DNA of 56,002 nucleotides from an uncultured Bacillota bacterium (GTDB lineage Bacteria; Bacillota; Clostridia; Christensenellales; Borkfalkiaceae), in the NCBI GenBank assembly GCA_949287105.1, contig CASEFE010000069.1:1-56002 (forward strand). The letters are read 5' to 3'. Shown here in pieces: positions 1-9,905 of this stretch. How positions within the stretch are numbered: position 1 is the stretch's first letter; every line of letters starts with the position of its first letter. The notes below the pieces were generated by a model that was not told where the DNA came from, ran no database searches, and saw only the letters and a list, made by a program, of their open reading frames with translations. The position numbers and the translations under genes are program-made.

Positions 1-93
1 AAAATTTGGTTTCGCAACTCTATTTTACCACAGATTTGTATGAACTCTTTTTTTCTTTAGGTGTTGCACTTAATAGTATAATTCACCTTTATC

Positions 94-130
94 AAAAAGG
101 GGCAGGTTTTAGAGAAAAACCTGCCCCTTA
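94..130 (-). terminator. Intrinsic terminator of metG
   Basis: Inverted repeat AAGGGGCAGGTTTT / AAAACCTGCCCCTT just past the metG stop, with a U-tract on the minus strand. Confidence 0.8.
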
Positions 131-143
131 AAATTGAATTTTA

Positions 144-2111
144 TTAAAAAATTCCGCTGCCGTCGGGCATATCTTTTTCGGGGGAAAGAAGGCTGAGATT
201 TCCCTCATCGTCTTCCGCGCAAAGGATCATGCCTTCGCTTAAAATTCCGCGCAGCTTTGCGGGCTTTAAGTTGGTGATCATCACAACTTTTTTGCCGACC
301 ATTTCTTCGGGTGAGTAATATTTTGCGATTCCGCTCACGACCGTGCGGGTTTCGTCTCCGATCTGAACCGTGCTTTTAAGCAGTTTATCGCTCTTTTCCA
401 CTTTTTCACAGGCGATGACCTTTGCGATCTGCATTTTGACTTTGGCAAAATCATCAATGGAAATTTCGGCAGGATAAGCAGGTTTTTCATGCGCAGGGGC
501 AGCAGCTTTTTGCGGTGCTTTCTCTGTTTTTTCCGAATTTGCGTGCAATGCCTCGTATTTTGCTTCCACGTCTTTGTAATTTTGTCTTGCAAAGAGATGT
601 GTTTCGGTCGGGGATACTTTTGTTCCGTTTTTCAAAAGTCCGAACTTGTTGAGTTCGGAATATGCGCGCTGCGGTGTATTGAACTGCGCAAACACTTTTT
701 CTGCCGTATCGGGAAGAAAAGGTTGCAGCAACGAAGTTGCGATCACGATGCTTTCGGAAAGATTGTAAAGCACGGTTGCAAGCCTGTCCCGCTTAGCTTC
801 GTCGCGAGCGAGCACCCAAGGAGCCGTTTCGTCGATGTATTTGTTGCAGCGGCGCAAAAATACGAAAATTTCATCGAGTGCATCGGAAATTTTGTATTCG
901 TCCATTTTTGCGGCCACTTTCTCGTAAAGATTTTGCGCCATGGTCCGAACTTCCGTATCGATCGGTTCCGCCGCCTTTTTGTCCGAAATTTCGCCGTCAA
1001 AGTACTTTAAGCTCATGGCAGCGGTGCGCGAAACCAGATTGCCGTAGGTATTGGCAAGATCGGAATTGATGCGTTCGGTGATCAGTTCCCAGGTGATGTT
1101 TCCGTCGTTGTCGTAGGGCATATCGCCGAGAACAAAATAACGCACGGCATCAACCCCGAATATGCTGACGAGTTCGTCGGCATAAATAACGTTCCCGCGG
1201 GATTTGCTCATTTTTCCGCCGTCCATCAAAAGCCAAGGGTGTCCGAAAACATGCTTGGGAAGGGGTAGCCCCAGTGCCATTAAAAAGATCGGCCAATAAA
1301 TGGTGTGAAAACGGATAATATCTTTTCCGATAACGTGTACGTCCGCGGGCCAGTATTTCTTAAAGAGCGCATCCGAGTTCCCGTCGGCATCGTAACCGAG
1401 TCCGGTGATATAGTTGGTAAGCGCGTCCAGCCAGACGTAGACGACATGTTTCGGGTCAAAATCGACAGGTATTCCCCAGGTAAAGGAGGTGCGGGAGACG
1501 CAAAGATCTTGCAGTCCCGGTTTCAGGAAGTTATTTACCATCTCGTTTTTGCGGGAAAGGGGAGCAATAAATTCGGGATGTTCTTCGTAATATTGCAAGA
1601 GGCGATCGGCGTATTTGCTCATACGGAAGAAATAAGCTTCTTCTTTGGCGGGTTTGACTTCTCTGCCGCAGTCAGGGCATTTTCCGTCTTTGAGCTGGGA
1701 AGGCGTCCAGAACGCTTCGCAAGGCGTGCAATACATACCTTCGTACGTGCCTTTATAGATATCGCCCTGCTCGTACAGTTTTTGAAAAATTTTCTGAACC
1801 TGGCGTTCATGATCGGCATCGGTCGTACGGATAAATTTATCATAAGAGATATTCATAAGATCCCAGATGTTACGTATCTGACCTGCTACGCCGTCCACAA
1901 ACTGTTTAGGGGTGACACCCGCCGCCTTGGCTTTTTCTTCAATTTTCTGGCCGTGTTCATCCGTACCCGTCTGAAAACGCACATCGTATCCCTGATTGCG
2001 CTTGAAACGCGCAATGGCGTCCGTAAGAACGATTTCGTACGTATTTCCGATGTGCGGCTTCCCCGAGGTATAGGCGATTGCCGTAGTAATATAATAGGGT
2101 GTTTTCTTCAT
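144..2111 (-). CDS. metG: Methionyl-tRNA synthetase with C-terminal tRNA-binding (EMAP/Trbp111) domain
   Basis: YYITTAIAY..PHIGN (HIGH), GTDEHGQK, CxxC Zn knuckle, YVWLDAL, GKDIIRFH, KMSKS; C-terminal NLKPAKLRGILSEGM. Confidence 0.97.
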   Translation of the reverse strand: MKKTPYYITTAIAYTSGKPHIGNTYEIVLTDAIARFKRNQGYDVRFQTGTDEHGQKIEEKAKAAGVTPKQFVDGVAGQIRNIWDLMNISYDKFIRTTDADHERQVQKIFQKLYEQGDIYKGTYEGMYCTPCEAFWTPSQLKDGKCPDCGREVKPAKEEAYFFRMSKYADRLLQYYEEHPEFIAPLSRKNEMVNNFLKPGLQDLCVSRTSFTWGIPVDFDPKHVVYVWLDALTNYITGLGYDADGNSDALFKKYWPADVHVIGKDIIRFHTIYWPIFLMALGLPLPKHVFGHPWLLMDGGKMSKSRGNVIYADELVSIFGVDAVRYFVLGDMPYDNDGNITWELITERINSDLANTYGNLVSRTAAMSLKYFDGEISDKKAAEPIDTEVRTMAQNLYEKVAAKMDEYKISDALDEIFVFLRRCNKYIDETAPWVLARDEAKRDRLATVLYNLSESIVIATSLLQPFLPDTAEKVFAQFNTPQRAYSELNKFGLLKNGTKVSPTETHLFARQNYKDVEAKYEALHANSEKTEKAPQKAAAPAHEKPAYPAEISIDDFAKVKMQIAKVIACEKVEKSDKLLKSTVQIGDETRTVVSGIAKYYSPEEMVGKKVVMITNLKPAKLRGILSEGMILCAEDDEGNLSLLSPEKDMPDGSGIF

Positions 2112-2232
2112 GTCAGCCCTCCTGTCCTTCGATATCGAATGGTTTTTGCGCCGTTTTTACAATTTTTTCCTTATTATTATATAGCATTTTGCAAAGAATG
2201 TAAAACTTTTTTCGGCGGCTCTAAAAAAATCC

Positions 2233-2262
2233 GCATAACTTGTCCGTCTGCCGCATAGGGAT
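2233..2262 (+). promoter_or_regulatory. Possible sporulation sigma (sigma-E-like) promoter of spmAB
   Basis: GCATAACT-13 nt-CATAGGGAT upstream of the RBS AGGAGG; spmAB is sigma-E controlled in B. subtilis. Confidence 0.4.
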
Positions 2263-2280
2263 AGGGCAGGAGGAAAAACC

Positions 2281-2838
2281 GTGAACGCTCTTTTTCTCGT
2301 CGTGTTTTTGATTTCTGCTGCGCTTGTGGCGATACGTGATCCCGCATCTTTTTTACCTGCGTTGCTGACAGGTGCGGGCAAAGCGGTGACAATTTGCCTC
2401 TCTTTGGCCGCCGTCTATGCAGTCTGGATGGGTTTTTTGAAAATTGCCGAAGAGGCGGGGCTCTTGCGCGCCATGTCGCGGGGAATAAAACCGATTTCCA
2501 AAAAGTTATTCCGAACGGAAGACGAGAAGGCGCTGGAACAGATCGCCGTCAATCTTTCCGCAAATTTTTTAGGAATGGGCGGCGCGGCAACGCCGGCAGG
2601 CATTTCCGCCGTTCGGCTGTTGGGCGCGTCAAAGCAAGCGGACTATGCGCGCGCCATGTTCTTTGTCGTAAACTGTTCGGGTTTGCAGCTGATTCCTTCC
2701 ACGGCGCTGGCCCTGCGCGTGCAAGCAGGGGCAGAAAATGCGTACAGCATTCTTTTGCCGGTGTATCTGTCTTCGCTTGCCGCACTTTTGATCGGAATGG
2801 CGCTGGTAATGCTCGGATACGGGAGAAAAAGAACATGA
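2281..2838 (+). CDS. spmA: Spore maturation protein A (gate-domain membrane protein)
   Basis: GAGKAV..WMGFLKIAEEAGL, NLSANFLGMGGAATPAGI, LQLIPST; RBS AGGAGG; paired with spmB. Confidence 0.9.
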   Translation: MNALFLVVFLISAALVAIRDPASFLPALLTGAGKAVTICLSLAAVYAVWMGFLKIAEEAGLLRAMSRGIKPISKKLFRTEDEKALEQIAVNLSANFLGMGGAATPAGISAVRLLGASKQADYARAMFFVVNCSGLQLIPSTALALRVQAGAENAYSILLPVYLSSLAALLIGMALVMLGYGRKRT

Positions 2839-3347
2839 GCTGGACGTTGTATATTCTTCCCGTGCTTTTTGCGGTTGTGCTGATCATCGCCGCTGTTCGG
2901 AAGGTGAAAGCATACGATTGTTTTGCCGAAGGCGTAAAAGGCGCAATTCCTTTGCTGTATTCTTTGTTTCCGTATATTGCGGCAGTATCCGTTTTAACAG
3001 AATTATTCGAAGTTAGCGGACTTTCAGACGGATTGCGGCGGGCTTTGACGCCCGCGTTTTCGGCACTGGGGGTTCCGAAAGAAATCGCTCCGCTTTTTTT
3101 GATCAAACCTTTTTCGGGAAGCGGTTCGCTCTCTGTGTTGGGTGAGCTTTTGTCAAACTACGGTGCCGATTCGTATATAGGGCGGTGCGCCAGTGTCGTA
3201 TATGCGTCGGGGGAGACGGTTTTTTATCTCTCTGCTATATATTTTGCCGGTGTAAAAGACAAAAAACCGACGCTGCCTGTTCTCATCGCTTTTGCGGCAA
3301 ATTTCTTTTCTGCGGTTTTGGGATGTTTATTTTGCCGCATTTTGTAA
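2835..3347 (+). CDS. spmB: Spore maturation protein B
   Basis: ATGA overlap with spmA; KVKAYDCFAEGVKG, KPFSGSGS, YGADSYIGR, ETVFY..AIYF. Confidence 0.9.
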   Translation: MSWTLYILPVLFAVVLIIAAVRKVKAYDCFAEGVKGAIPLLYSLFPYIAAVSVLTELFEVSGLSDGLRRALTPAFSALGVPKEIAPLFLIKPFSGSGSLSVLGELLSNYGADSYIGRCASVVYASGETVFYLSAIYFAGVKDKKPTLPVLIAFAANFFSAVLGCLFCRIL

Positions 3348-3521
3348 ATTTTGTAAAAAAACAAATTGTCACAAAAACCAATTGTAATTTTTTGGTAATA
3401 ATTAACATTATTTAATCATTTTTCCGATATATAGACAAAATTCGTGAAAAAATGATAAAACTTAACATTTTTTGTAAAGAAAAAAAATTACAAAAAAAAT
3501 TTAAAAAAAATTTTTTTTTGC

Positions 3522-3550
3522 TTTACTTTTGTAAGGAGGGATGATATAAT
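3522..3550 (+). promoter_or_regulatory. Sigma-A promoter (extended -10) of a candidate sRNA
   Basis: TTTACT-17 bp-TATAAT with TGn, preceded by long A/T tracts (UP-like). Confidence 0.65.
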
Positions 3551-3556
3551 ATGCCT

Positions 3557-3674
3557 GTAATCAAACGAAACGCGCAACGCTTCCGCTTGGTTACCGATAA
3601 AGCTCATCATTTTCCCCCTTATCATATATGGATCGGGCATGGAACCGCAAGGCTCCGTGCCCGATTCATTTTTT
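3557..3674 (+). ncRNA. Candidate ~118-nt small RNA
   Basis: Bounded by promoter and terminator; 5' stem GUAAUCAA/UUGGUUAC, single-stranded UUUUCCCCCUU, terminator GAUCGGGCAUGGA..UCCGUGCCCGAUU followed by U6. Confidence 0.55.
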
Positions 3675-3766
3675 CCACGAAAGCGGGAAGAAACTGAAAA
3701 AATTCGAAATAGAAAAGTTTTTGGTTAGAGAATAAAAGAGCCGCAAACGGGGAATTTTTTGTAATA

Positions 3767-3795
3767 TTGACAATCATTTGCAGTTGTGTTAGAAT
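3767..3795 (+). promoter_or_regulatory. Sigma-A promoter of the M16 peptidase gene
   Basis: TTGACA-17 bp-TAGAAT. Confidence 0.65.
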
Positions 3796-3821
3796 GATTT
3801 ATAAAGAAAGTGAGGCGAGGA

Positions 3822-5015
3822 ATGGATTTTTCGGGCGAAAAAAGCATAAAGCTGAAAAACGGCGCGAATATGATTTCTTTTTGTGCGCCGCATTTGCATA
3901 CGGTGGCGTTTTCGGTCGTGTTTCCTTTTGAACCCGAATATACGCCGGGGGTATATCATCTGGTCGAGCACCTGTTTTTTGAAAGGGCGGGGGACCTGCG
4001 TGCGGATAAGATCAATGCGCAGATGACGGCGAACGGATCGGAGATCAACGGATACACGTCTGTAAGTTCGATGTGTTTTCAGTTTACCTGTCGGGAGGAA
4101 GTATTTTTATCGCAGCTTCGCTTGTTGTATGCGATGTTGACGCAAAAGGAATATTCGGAAGAAGAATTGCAAAAAGTATTGCCGGTCATACGCAACGAGA
4201 TATTTGAAAGCGATTTTTACGACGGTCGCGCGGGTGAGGTTTTGAGCGAGCTTTGGTTTGATTCGAGGTATGCAGGGTCAGTGCTGGGAGATTCGGGGGT
4301 ATTGGAGCGAGTATCGGATGCGGAGATCGATTCGGCGCGGAAAAGTTTGTTTACGACGGGTATGTGTCTGTTTCTTGCGGGGAATTTTACAGAGAAAGAT
4401 TTTCGGGAGGTGGAAAATACATTCGGAAAAATTCCTTTGCAAAACCGTGAGGCAACGCCGCCGCGCAAAGAAGGGCGCGAAGAAAAGCCGCTCAACCGAG
4501 TGGGCGGCGGAAGGGAATTGCAGGTTTTGGTCACATATCATGTGGAGTGTGCCGACTATGAACTGAAAATGGCGGCACATTGGCTTCGGAGTGCATTGTT
4601 TGACGGGCTGGATGCCGCGGCGTTCCGCTATTTTGAAGGCAAAGGATTTCAATTTTATTCAATCGACGGCAATTACAACATCCGTGGCGACGAATTGATT
4701 TTTTCTTATCTTGTGCATATTGAGAAAAGGGATAAAAAATATTTTCTGCCGCTCATTGACGGATTTGAAAAAGCCGCAAAAAAGACGGAATTTGTTTCAC
4801 TGGTGCGGCCGTATTTATTTGACAATCTTGTCTATTTGTTCGACAATCCGGAAAGACTTTGTTCCCATTATGTCGAAGCATGGCAAGACATGTCCGGCCC
4901 GGTCACTCTCCGAGAAGAAGCAGAATTTTGCGGTTCGTTTACGGATGAGAAGCTTGCGGCTTGCTGGCAAAGGATAGCAGGATCTTTGCGGCGCGTATTT
5001 TTGATCGGACGATAA
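3822..5015 (+). CDS. M16-family (insulinase-like) zinc peptidase
   Basis: Inverted zinc motif GVYHLVEHLFF (HxxEH), INGYTS, VIRNEI. Confidence 0.85.
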   Translation: MDFSGEKSIKLKNGANMISFCAPHLHTVAFSVVFPFEPEYTPGVYHLVEHLFFERAGDLRADKINAQMTANGSEINGYTSVSSMCFQFTCREEVFLSQLRLLYAMLTQKEYSEEELQKVLPVIRNEIFESDFYDGRAGEVLSELWFDSRYAGSVLGDSGVLERVSDAEIDSARKSLFTTGMCLFLAGNFTEKDFREVENTFGKIPLQNREATPPRKEGREEKPLNRVGGGRELQVLVTYHVECADYELKMAAHWLRSALFDGLDAAAFRYFEGKGFQFYSIDGNYNIRGDELIFSYLVHIEKRDKKYFLPLIDGFEKAAKKTEFVSLVRPYLFDNLVYLFDNPERLCSHYVEAWQDMSGPVTLREEAEFCGSFTDEKLAACWQRIAGSLRRVFLIGR

Positions 5016-5029
5016 TCATAAATAAAGCA

Positions 5030-5064
5030 CAAGGCGGACGCCTCGTTTTGAGGCGTCCGCCTTG
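5030..5064. terminator. Hairpin between convergent genes (likely bidirectional terminator)
   Basis: Perfect 15-bp inverted repeat CAAGGCGGACGCCTC / GAGGCGTCCGCCTTG. Confidence 0.7.
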
Positions 5065-5094
5065 CATTTGTATATAGGAAAAACAGTAAAAAAA

Positions 5095-6486
5095 TTAAGG
5101 TTGAGAAGGGGGAGTTTGATCAAACAGGCTGCCTGCCGCGAGGCGTTTTCGTAAAATTTTGGGGAATGCCACGGAAAAGACGATGATGGCCAGAATTGCG
5201 GCGGCAATATCGGCGGTCGGTTCGGCATAGAAGGCTGCCTGAACGCCCCAGATCGCGGGAAATACGAAAGTACAGATAAGGTAGATTCCGATTTTTCGGG
5301 TAAGAGAAACGATGATGGCGTATTGCGGGTGACCGAGGGCGGTCAGTCCGTCGACGAAAGCATACGGTAAGGAGAGCGGAATGGCGCCGATCATAAAGAC
5401 GCGAATTCCCCAAATACTCTTTTCGGCGACCGAAGGCGTCGAGGTGAACAAGGAAACAAAAGGTGCGGCAAAAAAGATGGACACGACGGTCATAAAAGAG
5501 GTAAAGATAAGGCAGAGCATCAGAATATATTTTTCCGCACGTTTGATAAGGACAATATTTTTTGCACCGTAATTGTAGCTCAGCACAGGTTGTGAGCCGG
5601 TGCTTATACCGAGCATAGGCAGGGTAATGAGCTGGAAAAAGGCTTGAACGACAGTGGATACGGTGATCCACAGATCGCCTTCTAAACCGCCTTTGTTTTG
5701 AAGTACTGCGTTTGTGGCAATAATGATAACGCTGTCGGTTGCGGCGATCAGAAAAGGAGCAAATCCGAGTTTTGCGATGCGGGCGATGAGCCGAAGATCC
5801 ATACCTGCAAATTGCAGCCGCACTTTTGTGGTCTTTCGAAGCAGAAAGAAAAGAACGAGTGAAAAAGAAAGGAACTGCGACAGAACGGTAGCCGCAGCGG
5901 CGCCGGCGGTATCCAACTTAAATACGAAGATAAAGAGCGGGTCAAGAGCGATGTTGGCGATGGCGCCGACCAAAGTTGCGAGCATGGCAATACCCGAATA
6001 TCCCTGCGCCACGATGTATTGATTGAGGCCGAGAGTCAGAATGGAAAACAGGGAACCGGCTGCATAAATGAGAAGATATCTTCGTGCATAGCGGTAGGTG
6101 ACGGAGCTTGCGCCGAAGCTCATCAGCAAAGGTTTTTCGAGAGCGATGACGAGGATCGTGACGATGACGGCAACGGCGGTGAGGGCATATAGGGCATTGG
6201 AAAGAATATTTTTAGCCTGTTCTTCCCTTTTTTCTCCCAAGGCCATAGCAAAGAGCGGTGCGCCGCCGATTCCGATAAGGAAAGCGAACGAAGAGATCAG
6301 CGTGGCGATGGGTGCGCAGACGCCGACAGCCGCGAGCGCGGTGTCTCCGATCTGTGAAATGTTGCCTACGTACATTCGGTCAACGATGGAATAGAGAACA
6401 TTGATAAATTGCGCGATCATGGCCGGAATGACCAATTTAAGTACCGTACGAAATACGGCTTCGCTTCCGAGGTTTAACGCCTTCAT
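5095..6486 (-). CDS. MATE-family efflux transporter (MepA-like)
   Basis: LYSIVDRMYVG, NIALDPLFIF, GAAAATVLSQ, QPVLSYNYGAKN; about 12 TM. Confidence 0.93.
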   Translation of the reverse strand: MKALNLGSEAVFRTVLKLVIPAMIAQFINVLYSIVDRMYVGNISQIGDTALAAVGVCAPIATLISSFAFLIGIGGAPLFAMALGEKREEQAKNILSNALYALTAVAVIVTILVIALEKPLLMSFGASSVTYRYARRYLLIYAAGSLFSILTLGLNQYIVAQGYSGIAMLATLVGAIANIALDPLFIFVFKLDTAGAAAATVLSQFLSFSLVLFFLLRKTTKVRLQFAGMDLRLIARIAKLGFAPFLIAATDSVIIIATNAVLQNKGGLEGDLWITVSTVVQAFFQLITLPMLGISTGSQPVLSYNYGAKNIVLIKRAEKYILMLCLIFTSFMTVVSIFFAAPFVSLFTSTPSVAEKSIWGIRVFMIGAIPLSLPYAFVDGLTALGHPQYAIIVSLTRKIGIYLICTFVFPAIWGVQAAFYAEPTADIAAAILAIIVFSVAFPKILRKRLAAGSLFDQTPPSQP

Positions 6487-6602
6487 TTTTTTGCTCCGAA
6501 CTGATTTTGGCGCGAATATTATAGCATTGAAAAAGAATACTGTCAATATTCGGAAAGCGGATTTTCTTTGAACGGAAAAATTTTTACGGAGTGCGTTAAT
6601 TG

Positions 6603-6631
6603 TTGAAAAAACGCTTGTTTCGTGGTATAAT
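6603..6631 (+). promoter_or_regulatory. Sigma-A promoter of ybaK and the CLC gene
   Basis: TTGAAA-17 bp-TATAAT with TGn. Confidence 0.65.
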
Positions 6632-6670
6632 CGAAAGGATTTTACGAAGATACGGACAGGTGCGATAAAA

Positions 6671-7150
6671 ATGGAAAAAACGAATGCGATGCGCCTTTTG
6701 GACGCAAAGAAAATCCAATACGAAGGTTATGAATATCCGCCGCAAATCACGGACGGAGAAGAGGTGGCAAAAGTATTGGGGGAAGACGCGAAATCAGTAT
6801 TCAAGACGCTTGTCACCGAATCGGAAAAGGGTGAAAACATCGTTTTCTGTGTACCGGTGTGTGCGACGCTCGATTTGAAAAAGGCGGCGAAGGTCGCCAA
6901 GGTCAAATCGGTCGCTATGATCCGTCAACGTGATCTGGAACCGCTGACGGGATATATTCACGGCGGTTGTTCTCCCGTAGGCATGAAAAAAAGATTTCGC
7001 ACCTTTATTGACGAGAGCGCACAAAATTTTACGAAGATATATGTCAGTGCGGGCAAAGTAGGCAAACAGATGCGATTGAATCCTTCCGATCTTGTCGGTT
7101 ATTTGGGGGCGCAGTACGGAGCGATCGCGGGGGATAGCGAAAAGGAGTAG
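6671..7150 (+). CDS. ybaK: Cys-tRNA(Pro) deacylase
   Basis: KTNAMRLLD, VFKTLV, LDLKKAAK, TGYIHGGCSPVGMKK, VSAGKVG. Confidence 0.93.
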   Translation: MEKTNAMRLLDAKKIQYEGYEYPPQITDGEEVAKVLGEDAKSVFKTLVTESEKGENIVFCVPVCATLDLKKAAKVAKVKSVAMIRQRDLEPLTGYIHGGCSPVGMKKRFRTFIDESAQNFTKIYVSAGKVGKQMRLNPSDLVGYLGAQYGAIAGDSEKE

Positions 7151-7161
7151 AAAACAGCGCC

Positions 7162-8436
7162 ATGCAAGGAAAAAAAACAGAATTTTTAAGCAGTGTCGGA
7201 GAGACGGCTGTCTACGCGATGCTGGGGCTTGCGGTCGGATTGGCTGTGGGTGCTGTTGTGGGTATTTTCGGGAAAGGAGTAGAATTTTTTACTGATTTCG
7301 GAATTGCACACTTTGATTTGTATGTGTGGTTTTTGCCCGCAGTTGGCATTTTGACGGTTGCCATGGGCAAGCTTTGGGGAAAAGACGGCATCGGAATGGC
7401 GGCGGCTTTCCGTGCAAGCCGCGGGGAAGAGGAAGGGTTTCCTCTCCGGAATGCGCTCTTTCAATTTGCGGGCACATGGAGCGCGCACTTATTCTGCGCG
7501 AGCGTGGGAAGGGAAGGAGCGGCCATTCAGATCGGCGCGGCGATCGGAAACGGGATCGGGCGTACCATCCCCATGCGCGGCGCGGATCGCAACCTGATCG
7601 TTGCAGGCATGGCGGCAGGATTTTCGGCTCTGTTCGGAACACCGGTTTGCGCATTGGTTTTTGTACTGGAAGTTACCGTAGTGGGCGGCATACGCTTGCG
7701 CGCTTTAACGGCGTCTGCCGTTTCCTCTTTTACGGCGTACTTTGTAGCGGGATTGTGCGGCCTTTCGCATTCGGAACCGGTCATCGGAAACATACCGTCG
7801 TTTTCTCTTTCGATCATTCCCTCTCTTTTTGCCATTGGCGTATGTTTCGGCCTTACGGGGTTGTTATTTTGCGTAATCCGGAAATCTGCCGGCCTGTTTT
7901 TTCGCAGTGCAATCAAAAATCCGTATGTGCGCGTCGCGGCGGCGGGAATTTTGTTGTCCTGTCTTCTCTGGCTGACGAGCGGAAGATATTCAGGCTTGGG
8001 AACAAACCTGATTGAAGCGGCTCTTACGGGTGAAAAGGTATATGCCTTCGATTGGCTTGTCAAAATTCTTTTTACGGCCGTGACGCTTTCCGTTGGCTTT
8101 TTGGGCGGGGAAGTGACCACATTTTTTGCGGCAGGAGCATGTCTGGGCGCAGTGTTGGGAAACACTTTCGGTCTTTCCCCGGAATTGGCGGCTTGCCTCG
8201 GGTATGCGGCTGTTTTCGGCGCGGCGACCAATACATTGTTTGCACCGATCTTTTTATGTTGCGAAATATTCGGCGGCGATCTTATCGTTCATGCGACGAT
8301 TGTCTGTATAGTGGCGTATCTATTCAATTTTGGGCATTCCGTATACAATCAGACAAGGATCCGCGAAGATATTGTAACGCGAGTTGTGCGGCGGATCGGT
8401 ACAAAAAGTTCTGATTTGCCGTTGAAAAAGCAATAG
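7162..8436 (+). CDS. CLC-family anion transporter, probably the fluoride-exporting CLC-F clade
   Basis: SVGREGAAIQIG, GMAAGFSALFGTP, RYSGLGTNL, GFLGGEVTTFF, AATNT; no CBS domains. Confidence 0.85.
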   Translation: MQGKKTEFLSSVGETAVYAMLGLAVGLAVGAVVGIFGKGVEFFTDFGIAHFDLYVWFLPAVGILTVAMGKLWGKDGIGMAAAFRASRGEEEGFPLRNALFQFAGTWSAHLFCASVGREGAAIQIGAAIGNGIGRTIPMRGADRNLIVAGMAAGFSALFGTPVCALVFVLEVTVVGGIRLRALTASAVSSFTAYFVAGLCGLSHSEPVIGNIPSFSLSIIPSLFAIGVCFGLTGLLFCVIRKSAGLFFRSAIKNPYVRVAAAGILLSCLLWLTSGRYSGLGTNLIEAALTGEKVYAFDWLVKILFTAVTLSVGFLGGEVTTFFAAGACLGAVLGNTFGLSPELAACLGYAAVFGAATNTLFAPIFLCCEIFGGDLIVHATIVCIVAYLFNFGHSVYNQTRIREDIVTRVVRRIGTKSSDLPLKKQ

Positions 8437-8461
8437 CGGCGTTTCTTTTTTTTAAGAACGA

Positions 8462-8490
8462 TTGCTTTCTTTTTTATTTTGTATTATACT
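8462..8490 (+). promoter_or_regulatory. Sigma-A promoter placed for a leaderless tilS transcript
   Basis: TTGCTT-17 bp-TATACT ending 6 nt before ATG 8497; no SD. Confidence 0.55.
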
Positions 8491-8496
8491 TTTGTC

Positions 8497-9903
8497 ATGG
8501 AACTTTGTACAGATCTTTCTGCGTATCGGGCAAAACGCGTCTGTGTTGCGCTTTCGGGCGGCAGCGATTCGGTTGTGCTTTTTGATTATCTCAAGAAAAA
8601 TGCGGCAAAATATTCCATTGCTTTGACGGCAGTCAATGTGGAACACGGCATTCGGGGCGAATCTTCACGCAGCGATTCTGCATTTGTGGAAGAACTTTGC
8701 AGGGAATCGGGTGTACCGCTGTATGCTTTTTCGGTAAATGTACCCGAACGGGCGCGTGCGGAAGGGATCGGTCTGGAAGAGGCGGCCAGGCGGAGCCGAT
8801 ACGAAATATTTTTGAAACTTTTTCTTCGTGACGAAACGGATTTTATTGCGACGGCGCACCACGCCGGCGACAATGCGGAGAGCGTATTGTGGAATCTTTT
8901 CCGCGGATCATCTTTGACCGGCGCGGGCGGGATCCGTTCGCGGATCTCGGCAGAAGAGCTGGCCCGAGAAATTTTTCCGAAGCTTTCGGACGATGAATAC
9001 CGAAAGCTTCAAAAAAAGGAATTGATACGCCCTTTTTTGTATCTGTCCAAGGCGGAAATTGAAAGGTATCTAAATGAAAACCGTCTTAAATGGCGGGAAG
9101 ATGAAACCAATTCCGATACAGAATATGCCCGTAATTTTTTGCGGCATAAAATATTGCAACCCGCAAAGGAAAAATTTCCTGCGCTCGAACAGTCGCTGTA
9201 CACGTTTTCGCGCACGGCACGCGCGGATGACGAATATCTGTATTCTCTGACCGATGCGTATTATGAAGAAGGGGAAGAATGCAGGATCGACGAGGGAGCG
9301 CCGCGGCCGTTATTTTTGCGTTGTGTGGTTCGGGCATTGCACCACCTCGGTGTCGGAAAGGATTATACATTTATAAATTTGGAAGACGTTTTTTCACTTA
9401 TAAAAGGTGAAAACGGAAAGTCTGTCAATCTTCCCGGCGGCGTATGCGCGGTGCACGACTACGGGAAAATCACCGTATACAAGCCGGAAGAGAAGGATAT
9501 CATCGAATATCCTTTTCAGGAAGGATCGTTTTCTTTTGGTAAATGGACGGTCAAAGTGTTTGCCGGAACGGATATGGGCGAAAATGCAGGGCAAACAGGG
9601 CAAGTATTGTATCTCAACAAAGATTCTTTGCCGAAAGGCTGTGTGTTCCGGACGCGGAGAGAGGGCGACCGATTTCAGAAATTCGGTTCGGGAACAAAAA
9701 AGCTGAAAGATTTTCTGATCGACCGGAAAATACCTTGCCGCGCGCGTGACGGCTGGCCTTTGCTTGCATGCGGCGGTGAAATTCTGGCTGTCTGCGGCAT
9801 TGAGATTTCAGAAAAAGTAAAAATTCCCCGTGTACGGGAAAACGGAGATTTCCGCGGGGCGAATTTATATACGTTAGTACTATTGACAAAAGGAGAAAAT
9901 TAA
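8497..9903 (+). CDS. tilS: tRNA(Ile)-lysidine synthetase
   Basis: [11 protein letters not shown]-loop, [42 protein letters not shown]. Confidence 0.95.
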   Translation: MELCTDLSAYRAKRVCVALSGGSDSVVLFDYLKKNAAKYSIALTAVNVEHGIRGESSRSDSAFVEELCRESGVPLYAFSVNVPERARAEGIGLEEAARRSRYEIFLKLFLRDETDFIATAHHAGDNAESVLWNLFRGSSLTGAGGIRSRISAEELAREIFPKLSDDEYRKLQKKELIRPFLYLSKAEIERYLNENRLKWREDETNSDTEYARNFLRHKILQPAKEKFPALEQSLYTFSRTARADDEYLYSLTDAYYEEGEECRIDEGAPRPLFLRCVVRALHHLGVGKDYTFINLEDVFSLIKGENGKSVNLPGGVCAVHDYGKITVYKPEEKDIIEYPFQEGSFSFGKWTVKVFAGTDMGENAGQTGQVLYLNKDSLPKGCVFRTRREGDRFQKFGSGTKKLKDFLIDRKIPCRARDGWPLLACGGEILAVCGIEISEKVKIPRVRENGDFRGANLYTLVLLTKGEN

Positions 9904-9905
9904 AA

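Noticed and set aside
2112-2204. T-box or S-box leader for metG
   Set aside because: The promoter (TTTACA-17-TATAAT) is only about 60 nt from the start, too short, and no T-box sequence is present
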